DNA of 64,000 nucleotides from Eledone cirrhosa (taxonomy: Eukaryota): the NCBI GenBank assembly GCA_964016885.1, contig OZ024740.1, positions 333,250,001 to 333,314,000 of the forward strand. Reading direction: 5' to 3'. The translations under genes and the position numbers were made by a program. Positions within the stretch are counted from its first letter, which is position 1, and each line of letters starts with the position of its first letter. Below, piece after piece: positions 14,084-25,418 of the stretch. A model generated the notes under the pieces. The model did not search any database and was not told where the DNA came from. It worked only from the letters and a program-made list of their open reading frames with translations.

Positions 14084-14154
<71 letters not shown>

Positions 14155-14753
14155 TAACATGTGTGGTGGTGGTGGAACGTAATAATATCAGAGAGTACAT
14201 TGAAATAATGATGTAGTAGAGTTTTGGAAAAAAACAATAATGATAAATAGCGTATTGAATCGTCTCCGAAAATGTTCTGAATTTTGTTTAAATATTAACA
14301 CATTAATTGGTGAAATCCTGTTGCACAATACAGTTAAATTGTTCAAAGAATTATATTTAATAGGCTTTCAATTGTAAATATTAAATTCATACTGAATGGG
14401 AATGTTTCTACTCCTAATATAAATATACTTTCGCAGTTGATCTCGATCGATCTTCAAATAATTGCATTATATAGTCGGACTATTATTAACAGATCGGTAT
14501 TGCAGAAAACAAATCATAATCGAAGAATTTGCTCTTACAATATCATACCCACACGATGTCTTTTTTTCTTACTGAGTAACTTATGTGTACAACCTGAGTA
14601 ATGGGTTTGTATTTTTATTATTTAAAACCTGACTATATCATTGAGTTTGTAAAGAAACGACCGTGGCTGTGCCGATTCCGTTCGACTAATTTTTGTTGAT
14701 CTTTTATATTCGTTGAATTATTCAATTATATATATACATATATATATATATAT

Positions 14754-15470
14754 TCTTTATTGTTTACTTGTCTCACTCGCTTTACGCGTTTTAATTTTGT
14801 CCTAATAACTTAATTTAGTTATTATTGCACCGACGTGAGGTATATGATTTTTAATGCAATGAAATATCTATGATCGTCGGCAATCACTGATGAGGGACTC
14901 ATTTTATAACATGTTATCCATGTGCAACCTGCAGTATTCTTCTCCCCATTTTTTCACATATTTACCTAAACTGCGATTCTGTTTTTTTCTCTCTCTCTCT
15001 CTTACTGCTCCCTCGTTCTCTCTGTTTCTCCTACTTTCTTTCGCCCCCTCTGTCATGTCAGTTAACTCTTCCTCCCACTTCCACTCACTCACTCACTGTT
15101 TCTCCCCTTCTCACTTCACCCCGTTCGCGACGAATACATTTTCCTTCTTTCTCACATTTGGATTCATCTCGAAAGGTCTTTTTTCTAAGCGCTCATATAT
15201 TCACCTAGCTTATGCTAACAGAATAACTATGTAGCTTGTTCCCTTCCTCTCTACGGTTAGCTTTCCTCTTTATTGTTTACTTGTCTCACTCGCTTTACGC
15301 GTTTTAATTGTCCTAATAACTTAATTTAGTTATTATTGCACCGACGTGAGGTATATGATTTTTAATGCAATGAAATATCTATAATCGTCGGCAAATCACT
15401 GATGAGGGACTCATTTTATAACATGTTATCCATGTGCAACCTGCAATATTCTTCTCCCCATTTTTTCATA
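14754..15470 (+). repeat. Non-coding ~513-nt unit, 1.4 tandem copies, between (TA)n tracts
   Basis: 14754-14960 recurs at 15267-15470; diverged homologue at 41836-42710. Confidence 0.8.
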
Positions 15471-15893
15471 TATATATATATATTCGTAACTGTCTTTGTT
15501 TCTAAACAGAAGCACTCTGTTTAACTGCTTGCGTTGACTTCCATTTTTCAAATTGGAATCCCCGCCATCATCTTCTCTAAACATTGGCAGATGGGGCTTA
15601 CCTCCTCTTTGATGAGTAGTAATGAATCACTGACCGTTGATGATTATTACTGACGTGGACTAACTGGATAAATGGACCTTTCCATTCGTGGCTGGCTCGG
15701 ACCCGATATTACCTAATTTCAGTGAATACCTTTTCCAATCAGACTATTGTTTACAGAACAGAATTGCAGAAACGAAGTTTTAGGATGTTGATATATTGAT
15801 ATCATACCCACAAGACGATTCTATTCATGGTTAACGAAAATATTTGCACTCTCGATGGTATTATTAAAAATACAAATGGCGGTGAATACATAT

Positions 15894-16060
15894 GGGCGGT
15901 GATTTGGTAGTATCGGTAGAGGGTTACGCCCCTTTACGGATTGATTTCAAATCCCGTCGAGGTTAACTTTGCCTTTCATTCTTACGGGGTCGAGAAAATA
16001 AAGTACCAGTAATACACTGGGATAATTGCCGGCCTTGTGCCAAAAGTAGAAACAATTATT
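15894..16060 (+). mobile_element. SINE family 1 copy
   Basis: Matches 25869-26051, with an internal deletion in the head. Confidence 0.85.
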
Positions 16061-16278
16061 AATCAACAATTATATAATTGAGTGGATGAGAAAATGTGCC
16101 TGCTTGTACATGTAGAAATAACTGTAAATATACACTTACACATATCTAGGAATGTATATGAAAGTATATGTATGTATATAAACATGTAGATGTATGTATG
16201 TGTATATGTAGGTGATACGTCTATATAAGTGCGGGTGAATGACTATATTTACATTATACTCTAACACCATATTCTCGT

Positions 16279-16398
16279 ATTGAGTTCAAATCCCGCCGAG
16301 GTTAACTTTGCCTTTCATCCTTAAAGGGTCGATAAAATAAAGTACCAGTAATACACTATGATAATTGCTGGCCTTGTGGCATAAGTAGAAACAATTAT
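16279..16398 (+). mobile_element. SINE family 1, 5'-truncated
   Basis: Runs from GAGTTCAAATCCCGCCGAGG to AGTAGAAACAATTAT. Confidence 0.85.
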
Positions 16399-17042
16399 AT
16401 GCTGTACCCATCGCTGTCAATACGGTTGCTGTTGTGTGATCTTGTTTTTGTCAGCGTAGCGTTGTCCTGGTTGACCTAAGTAGAGGCAGAACAGAGATCA
16501 TAAACCTGAAAGAAAAACACTAAATGCCTATATCACCAGACATAACGACGCCTGTCCGAAACCGAAAAAGAAACTAAAGAATGCGGATAAACCGATAGAC
16601 CACATGCCGAGAGCAGTCACAGGCAAGTCAGAAGCTAGAAAAATGTTTAAAGACTAGTATAACCAATCAGAAAACTAATACATAAACTACTAAAACTTAA
16701 CAGAGAAAATCCATATGTCGATCTACTTCATCACGAGATGGATGTGCATAGCCACCGGCATATCACAATGATTGCATAATTGTACCAATGATTGCGTACG
16801 AATCTGATAAGTCACATGAATAAACATGAAACAGAAATATATATAATGCAATACAAAATTATGTTGATTTAACCACGACTGAACTAGCATTAAAAAAAAA
16901 GAGAAAATGTAGACACAATTACTTGATAAATGGATACTACATCATTCAATATCACCTACATGTAGTGCTTCGATCGCTAGAACATGCTTATCATGAGAAA
17001 GTTGCTACATGACAACTAAATTATACAACACTTTTAACAAAT

Positions 17043-17173
<131 letters not shown>

Positions 17174-17232
17174 GTGTATGAGTGGGTGAATGTGTGTCTG
17201 TGTGTGAGTATTTATCTATGTGTGTTTTTTTA

Positions 17233-17323
<91 letters not shown>

Positions 17324-17633
17324 ATCCCACAGTAAGTAAGGTACTGAATACAAAGCAGAGTATACATATTCAATAAGCATTTCGAAGACATTATGCTATT
17401 GTTTTAGAGTAGTGATAGTCTCACTTACTTTAAATTTAAGCATACAGTGTATTGCAGAATACACTATATATACATTCATATATATATATCGCTATTTCAG
17501 AGCGCGAATTCTAATTTTCAATTTCTGCTTGACCGGCAACCGCTCTGTATAATCAGTTCCTGATTATTACTAGACATTCTATAAGAATCAAACATTAATG
17601 ATTTTCAGCAAACAGGTGGAGTACTTATCAAAC

Positions 17634-17680
17634 AGGCTTTGATAAGTACCAATCAGTACGAAACATAGCTCTGTCAGCTT
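17634..17680 (+). ncRNA. Type I hammerhead, U3-A8 core
   Basis: AGGCT-TTGATAA-GTAC(CAATCA)GTAC-GAAA-CATAGCTCTG-TC-AGCTT; predicted cleavage after C17675. Confidence 0.82.
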
Positions 17681-17953
17681 TATCTCTCCTGTTTGCTGAA
17701 AATTTAAAGTAAGTGAGACTTTCACTACTCTAAAACAATAGCATAAGGTCCTCGAAATGCTTATAATTAAGCATACAGTGTATTGCAAAATACACTATAT
17801 ATACATTCATATATATATCGCTATTTCAGAGCGCCAATTCCAATATTCAATTTCTGCTTGACCGGCAACGCTATGTATAATCAGTTCCTGATTATTACCA
17901 GACATTCTATAAGAATCAAACATTCATGATTTTCAGCAAACAGGTGGAGTACT

Positions 17954-18000
17954 TGGCTTTGAAAAGTACCAATCAGTACGAAACATAGCTCTGTCAGCTT
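17954..18000 (+). ncRNA. Type I hammerhead, U3-A8 core (second unit)
   Basis: GGCT-TTGAAAA-GTAC(CAATCA)GTAC-GAAA-CATAGCTCTG-TC-AGCT; only the free N7 position differs in the core; cleavage after C17995. Confidence 0.8.
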
Positions 18001-18125
18001 TATCTCCCCGGTTTGCTGAAAATTTAAAGTAAGTGAGACTCTCACTACTCTAAAATATTAGCATAAGGTCTTCGAAATGCTTTTAATTAAGCATACAGTA
18101 TATTGCAAAATATACTATATATACA

Positions 18126-18194
<69 letters not shown>

Positions 18195-18256
18195 GTAGAA
18201 CACTGGAAAGTAATATCCGTTGTGGTAAACCATTCATTCCATGGGACGAGTTAGGT

Positions 18257-18383
18257 AGAAGTGGTTACACAACAGTTAGTTGGCATGGTTATCCGTATAA
18301 CCATGTCCATTGCGAGCTGAGCATCCGCTAAGGTGAAACAATTATTCTCGGTATTGTGAACTAACTCTTGTGTAACCACTTCT
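18257..18383 (+). mobile_element. Short PLE-type 3' fragment with degenerate hammerhead (18313-18350) and inverted tail
   Basis: CGAG-CTGAGCA-TCC(GCTAA)GGT-GAAA-CAATTA-TT-CTCG; 18257-18281 is the reverse complement of 18359-18383. Confidence 0.55.
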
Positions 18384-18519
18384 CTCTCTCTCTATATATA
18401 TATACACAGTTCAAGAGTAACCAATCTTAAAGAGTGAGAAGGAGATAGGAGAGGAAAAGAGATATTGGTGAATCAGTTAGAAGCCAAAGCGTAAAGGCAT
18501 GTGCTCAATGTGCAATATG

Positions 18520-19240
18520 CAGTGGATATCTTGGCTAGGGCCCAACTGTTCAATGGACGAAGAAACTCTTGTGACCTCTGTCTTACCGAAGCATATTACA
18601 TAACTCTATCACGACCTCTACCGACTAACGATAGAACGGAGGTAACTATTATCTGTCAACATCGAAGGGCTAATTCCTTCGCCAACAGAATATTTGACCC
18701 AACATAGTCATCTAATCCCACTTTTTCTTATAGCTAACATGTTAAATAGTTATAGCTAACTATAGATAATTATAAGTTACCTGCCTTATATTGTCTCTCA
18801 TTTAAACTCATTAGCACTTCTTAACTATAAACCACCTATAATTTCTAATTTCTCGAGGAGTTACCTCCCTGAAACCAGCCTCTAATTAGGAAGATAAATA
18901 TTCATTTGGCGGCGATATTGTTACCCATAGGCAGATCTCGCATAATACATCCTCGACAGAAGAATATTGCTCACCTATGGCAGACAATAGATAGACACAG
19001 GACACCATCGTGAAATACCAATATATGGAATATTACATTCATGTAACCATCTTTCTTTACCTTAATTTATATTCCTTTTGAAGTTCCGATGAACTGCTCC
19101 AATTTTACCTAAGTTAATTATCTTCAACTGAACCAGATCAATAATGATCTATAATCATTTGATCCAGAAACATTTTATGGAGTAGCGAAACGATTGGAAA
19201 CGGACATTATTAGTATTATTATTATTATTCTTTATATTCT
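18520..19240 (+). mobile_element. PLE 3' portion: end of GIY-YIG ORF plus pLTR
   Basis: ILARAQLFNGRRNSCDLCLTEAYYI...NDRTEVTIICQHR fits the PLE C-terminal CxLCLxE...NxRxE...CxH pattern; 18928-19230 matches 25505-25815 (minus). Confidence 0.75.
19083..19201 (+). ncRNA. Hammerhead with CCGATGA core and ~75-nt loop II (cleavage triplet mutated in this copy)
   Basis: GTT-CCGATGA-ACTGCTCCA...TGGAGTAGC-GAAA-CGATTG-GA-AAC; the sister half-copy at ~25841-25863 reads GAAA-CAATTG-TA-AAC. Confidence 0.6.
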
Positions 19241-19330
19241 GGTGCGTGTGTTTCTTATTGGCAACATGACCCTCCCAAAGTATAACAATATATATATATA
19301 CATAAACACATATATACACACACACACACG

Positions 19331-19414
<84 letters not shown>

Positions 19415-19418
<4 letters not shown>

Positions 19419-20675
19419 AACCAGTAAGACCCCGACAGCTGAGCTCAAGCCGTTTCGACGGCTAATTCTGGACTAAATGAAAATTTATCCTGGTATTTAA
19501 ATAGCCGATCTTCTCAAGGGGTAATTCCATATATGGTCAAAGTGATTGTCAAAAATCAGTAGTAATTCTGTGGTTGCAAATTAGTAGGGGAGATGGTGGC
19601 TAAACCTGCCAGTAGGAGAAAGGGGGGAGGGGTGGAGTAGACCCAATCAAGCGTTGGTAGTGCCAGCTACAGCTGGGCATGAGGTCAAAGAAGATACAGG
19701 GGAGGGGGAGGGGGAGGAAGTCGGAACGGTAGGTAGAACAATGGGGGGTAGAAATATATAGGAAAGAAAAAATACTGAGAGTGAAGAAAAGCAAATAAGT
19801 GTAAAGAGAAAAGTAAAATAAATTCTACGACCTAGGTCTCTAGCTATTGTTAGGCTAGAATAAATAAATAAAGAAAGAAAGAAAGAAGTAAAGAAAGAAA
19901 TAAAGAAATAACGAAATAAGTAAAAGAACTAGGTGGGACGGATAGGCAAGGACCCTTTTAAGAGGTATAAGTACGTAAATGATACGGTGACGGGTCAACA
20001 AAAGGGGCCAAAATACTAAAGAGACTACCACGAAATAAACAATAAAGGTTTCCATCCCGGGCACAATGCCAGCAACCACCCAGTGCAGCAAAGTGAACTA
20101 GTACGAGATAATAATTCTGAGTCCCGGGGGAAATATATACTAATGCTAACTCTAAAAGATCTAAAACAAGCTACATGAAAGTTCGTACGAAGTAAAGGTA
20201 GAATACGGAAAAATAAATTCAGAATCCACCCCGCCCAAAAGAAAAGCGAAGAAAGAAATACTGAAACGAAAAAATAAGGCATAAGTGCCACTAAGAAATA
20301 TAGAGGGCACAGAGAATAGTGGGAGCCGTCGGAAAAAGGGGACAAGTATCCGGGGTCTAAACCAACTGCTATAAAGGGCGGAGTCCGCCAAATCTATCAT
20401 AGAATAGGGGAGGGGGTGGGGGTACTAAGGCTACAAGGGGCCAAAGGGCAGCCTCGGGTGGGCGAGAAAAGACGCCGACAAAGGAGAAGAGCTGGGGTAG
20501 AAGGACTAAGGAGAGAGGGGGGAAGGAAATAAAGGAAGCGATAAAAGAATACAACGAAGATCTTACGTGTCCCTTGGCAAGCAGGTACCCATTGCAAAAT
20601 CGGCAAGTGGGGTGTTATAGCCCTAGTCTACCCCCCCCCCCCCCCGGGTCATTATGGGGTTTGAGGGCGAGGTAA
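19415..20675 (-). mobile_element. ~1.2-kb pyrimidine-rich non-coding HHR element (family H) between (TA)n tracts
   Basis: Diverged homologue at 56818-57950; short 3' fragments at 41581-41785, 45411-45601 and 54027-54165. Confidence 0.65.
19417..19528 (-). ncRNA. Full type I hammerhead, U3-A8 core, hairpin stem III
   Basis: ACCCC-TTGAGAA-GATCGGCTATTT...AATTAGCCGTC-GAAA-CGGCT(TGAGCTC)AGCTG-TC-GGGGT; distal stem I GGAA/TTCC. Confidence 0.8.
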
Positions 20676-20704
20676 TATATATATATAATCATATATATAT
20701 ATAA

Positions 20705-20829
<125 letters not shown>

Positions 20830-20858
20830 TACATATACATATATACACATATATATGT

Positions 20859-20929
<71 letters not shown>

Positions 20930-21028
20930 AAATATATATGTGTATGCACTTATATATATATATGTATATACACTTATATACACACGTATTCATACCTGTA
21001 TACGTACATACATGATGGCTTCCCCCTC

Positions 21029-21601
21029 GTTATCGAGTTTGGCCATTGTACGATATAACATTATTAATAATTATTAATTAATTCTATCGCAAAATGCCTG
21101 TGCGTGAAGACATTTTTTAAAGTGAAGAAAGAGTGTGCACTGGGCCATTCCCACTCTCTGAGCGACAGAATCTATAAGAGAAAAGATCAACATCGTTGGT
21201 AACTACTGAGCCGCAGGTTTTATATCGGAGTTATCCCAGTTTCCTGAATTGCCTTCTCCTAGAAGACTGCCCTGAGAAAGGCCAGGGGTCCTTCACTCCC
21301 AATGGTTTAACCGCACGATCAGGTGTCCAGCCCGACTATTTCTATGTCCCCGGGCATATACATACACATGCACCCATGCATATACACATACATGTGTATA
21401 TACATATTTACACAATTGTGCATGGCCGTTGACACTTATGAGTTCTTCCGCCCTTTGTCAGGTTTTGTTTTTTGTCCTGCAGGGTTTCCAAAATCAACCT
21501 CCTCACCAAGTAACCTTGATGGGGTTGCCGGTTTAGTCGCCGACGAACCGACCCTGTGACAGGTTGTACTAGTTTACATGTTACCAGTTGCAATACGGAC
21601 C
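21029..21601. repeat. Interspersed repeat of unknown class (possibly LINE-derived SINE)
   Basis: Collinear diverged copy at 27471-28061, with an internal CA/TA-rich spacer in both. Confidence 0.75.
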
Positions 21602-21660
21602 CAGCATATTTATCAATGCCAGTACCGGTTGTATCTCAGCGCACTCAACGTACTAAATGT

Positions 21661-21756
<96 letters not shown>

Positions 21757-21801
21757 GAAATACTGTTGGCTTCACGCTCACAATAATTTTTATACTTTCA
21801 T

Positions 21802-21858
<57 letters not shown>

Positions 21859-21880
21859 ATATATTTATATATATATAATA

Positions 21881-22717
21881 TACAACATTTAGTACAGCAT
21901 CATCGATGGCTGGTTGCAGCCAATTAACGAATGCAATCTCGGTGTGCGGCTAACCACTCAATAGGGTATATTACCCTAGTGTTAAAACATTACGTTTAGA
22001 CAGCTTTGTAAATTGAAGTCAGCGACCGATAGACGGGCTGCAGTGACCATAGCGACGAAAAAAACTGAACTCACGATAAAGATTTGTCTAACCTAGACCG
22101 TCGCGTCGACATCATACACAACACATGATATATACCATATAATATACATCACATATAATATATAATATCTCTGCTAGGTTTCTGTAAATCCGAAATCGAC
22201 AAAATCCATTTGCAGGTGTCTGCATGTTAATGGTTTTGGGAAGATAGAACAAGGAATTTACTTCGTCAACAAGTTTTTCGTTCTCGTCCGCACGGGTGTG
22301 AATGCTATCAGTTAGTACTGTTAGAAGGCACATGGTTTTCCCGATGGGAGGTAACCCCCGGTTTTGGCGGTCAATTCAAATTTGGAACAAAGGAACAGAA
22401 TTCCTTTACACAAACGGAATTACGCAGTCAACTAGAAGTTATCAAACAAACATAAACAATTAATCAATCAATAGAATTGTCTAAGTAAATTAATCGAATA
22501 ATCGTTAATTCTATGAGATAATGATACACAATTTAGTGCAGCATCATCGAATCTCTGGTTGCAACCAAGCTAACGAATGCAATCTAGGTGTGCAGCTAAG
22601 CACTCAATAGGGTATATTACCCTAGAGTTATAACATTACGTTTAGACAGCTTTGCAAATTGAAGACAGCCACCGATAGACGGGCCGCAGTGACCATAGCG
22701 GCGAAAAAAACTGAACA
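21881..22717. repeat. ~190-bp direct repeats (21881-22070, 22525-22717) flanking ~455 bp of unique sequence
   Basis: Direct alignment by eye. Confidence 0.8.
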
Positions 22718-22856
22718 ATTGTGATATGTCCAATAAATTCCTTTCGTCGCAACACTGTTTCTCTTTTTTCTGTGATATATATATATATATATATCTCACA
22801 GAAAAAAAAGAAACAGTGTTGCGACGAAAGGAATTTATTGGACATATCGCGACTGT

Positions 22857-22863
<7 letters not shown>
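22708..22863. repeat. Inverted repeat (~75-bp arms) with (TA)n loop
   Basis: ATATGTCCAATAAATTCCTTTCGTCGCAACACTGTTTC and its reverse complement flank TA repeats. Confidence 0.9.
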
Positions 22864-22915
<52 letters not shown>

Positions 22916-23980
22916 GTATATACATACACAAAACCCCAGACTAGAGTGCAGTGTCTACCTGATCCTCAGACCAGTGTTAACACAACAAAAATCAAATCGC
23001 ATCTGAAGACTAACCAGCCAAACACAAACAAGACCTATATGTATATGTGTTTGTATGTATCTACGTGAGAATATATTTCCATCGTAAAATAGTTATTCAC
23101 TTATATGAGCTAAAGTTCCTGTGAATTTTTTGAGTTTCGTATTCTTAACTATTTTGCAATATTGTTTCTTTCTTCATTTCTTATTCGACGTTGTCATATC
23201 GTTGAATGAACTTCCGGTATTCTTACACAACATCTGTCCCAATATCCTGTTTCATCTTTGTTTATTTTGCTTTAATCAATATTGTCGTTTGACTAAATCA
23301 CTCACTTTTTTTCTTATTTCTCACTTTCTTTTCTATTTTATTTATATATTGTTGTCCGTCACCCTTCTTTGGTTGCATTCTGGTTCTTCACTGTTTTCCG
23401 TTCTGTCGTTTATTTATATTTTACACAGATAATTGTCTACTACACAAGCGCCATTACAAGATCAAATCAGCAAAGGAACTGGATATTCGATCTACTAGAA
23501 ATAGCAATCATGACTTCTTCACACCATTTTAAATTTTCTCTCAAAAAAGGAAGAAGAAAAAAGCAAATATTAGCTGAGGCACAATGTATCTGAAAGGATC
23601 CTCGTCAAGTCTGGAATGCGTTCCATCAGAGGTTCGAACGCTTAACTTCAGTTTGATACAATACATGAAAAATAAGTATTTTAGCAGAGATTTAATGTAG
23701 AGGCAAATTTCCAGTTATTGGACGGTTGAAAATATGAAATGTGTTTACTGATATCTTGATAAAAGTAAGTGAGAAGTAAGCATTTTAAAATCAACGCTGA
23801 ATATTTAACCCATATGTATCACTTCGTAAAGCACAAGGTTTTCACTTTTCTCAATGATTTGTTATATCAATCTCCGATACACATCGAAGGAGGATAACCA
23901 TATACTTACTTTAAAATAGTTTATATAATACGTCTGCCGCTATATAGTATTGACATGGTTTACACCTACTTTATAATGAT

Positions 23981-24195
23981 TTCTGATTTAGGCACAAGGC
24001 CAGCAATTTTGGGAGGAGGTGAATGTCGATTAAATAGACCCCAGTACTTCGCTGGTACTTTATTTTATCGACCCCATGAGTATGAAAGGCAAAGTCAATC
24101 TCGGCAGGATTTGAACTCAGAGCGTAAATGAGTTTAACTCTATACTGCAAAGCATACTCTCCGATGTTTTAGTGATACTGCCAAACCACCGCCCT
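23981..24195 (-). mobile_element. SINE family 1, longer subfamily
   Basis: Same head and central domain, with extra GGGTCTATTTAATCGAC...CCCAAAATTGCTGGCCTTGTGCC segment. Confidence 0.8.
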
Positions 24196-25349
24196 TAACT
24201 AGCATTTTATAATAATATATTATTTGTTAAATGTGGAATGTGTTATAGCATATTGGTCCATGGTGACGTGCTGTAGGAGTGAGCCCAGAACAATGTTGTA
24301 GCAGACTGAAAATAATACACAGAGTAAGAAAGGAATTTCTTCATTCTATAATCTTTTTTTTAGAATTGTTTGCAACAATCGCTATACTTCTGCCAATTCT
24401 GTACAAGCAGTTTTCCCAAGAGAAGCTTTTTGAAACGGGGTATAATTCCTTCAATTATGAACATCCATACATCTAGACATACAAACACTAATTGAGTGAT
24501 AGCCGACGTCTATTAATGTCATGCTTCAGAATAAAATTTCGTGTTCACACAATAAATAATATTCTTAGCAAGCACCTTAACAGAGTGATTAATGTAGTAG
24601 TTAAATTATATATTGATATACTAAATACGCCACAAACATTGAACGAAACAAAAAAGAATACACCAGAAAATTGCAAGTTCTGCTAATTTAAATATTTCTC
24701 ATTCGTTATTAAATCAGTAGAGTAGGATAACATTTATTGGCGGAAATATGTGTATGCTTGATAATATTTCTAAAGAAAGTAGTAGTGATTATGTGGATGA
24801 TGAAAATATAAGAACAGGCAATCAGATATACCTCGTATTGGCCGGTCTTATAAGAATAAGGTTGTACGACTCGATGTGATTCTGGATGTATTTTATAAGT
24901 TATTCTGCTGGATCACAGATAATCTAGAGCTAAACAACAAATACAGCTTGTGATATATACTCACGTCTTATTGTTATGTGTTCAATCGTTGTCAGCTTTC
25001 AATTTTTTATACATCTTTGTAAAGTTGTCGACACAATATATTACAGTAGACTGCATCAATCGATTAATTTAAGTGGTTTCTCCTCTACAAATTTCTAACC
25101 TCAGGAAATTGAGAATGAAAAATATTTTAAGAAGATTCAGAAAATGATTCTGAGGGTATCTTCGTGTCAAATAGTGGACTATAAATTATGTATTTACACC
25201 GGGTCATATCTAAAGATGTGTCGTATAAATCAAAAGACATTTTATTTTAAAACACGAACATGAAAATTATATTGTAAGAGAATTAACGAAAATAATTTAT
25301 TTTTTTAAATTGCTCACGCAAATTAAACCGCACAAGCGCGCTAACACAA

Positions 25350-25414
<65 letters not shown>

Positions 25415-25418
<4 letters not shown>

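Larger units (their letters stand above)
13120..14085. mobile_element. Non-coding ~420-nt tandem-unit HHR element (retrozyme-like family D), plus and minus copies
   Basis: Minus copy 13120-13445; plus copy ~13580-14085 wraps around (TACTAGTGTACG at 13615 and 14035); homologous to 56225-56775. Confidence 0.75.
17372..18130 (+). mobile_element. Non-coding 320-330-nt tandem HHR element (retrozyme-like family E), ~2.1 units plus 5' inverted piece
   Basis: AAGCATACAGTRTATTGCA at 17439, 17769 and 18089; 17372-17438 is the reverse complement of ~17700-17763; one HHR per unit; ends in (TA)n. Confidence 0.85.

Noticed and set aside
17439-18130. CRISPR-like or plain satellite interpretation of tandem units
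   Set aside because: No repeat-spacer pattern; eukaryotic context; ribozyme and inversion indicate retrotransposition.
22655-22717. TTGAAGA...GCCGC/GCGGC-GAAA as a hammerhead
   Set aside because: Core spacing is wrong and there is no cleavage triplet or stem I.
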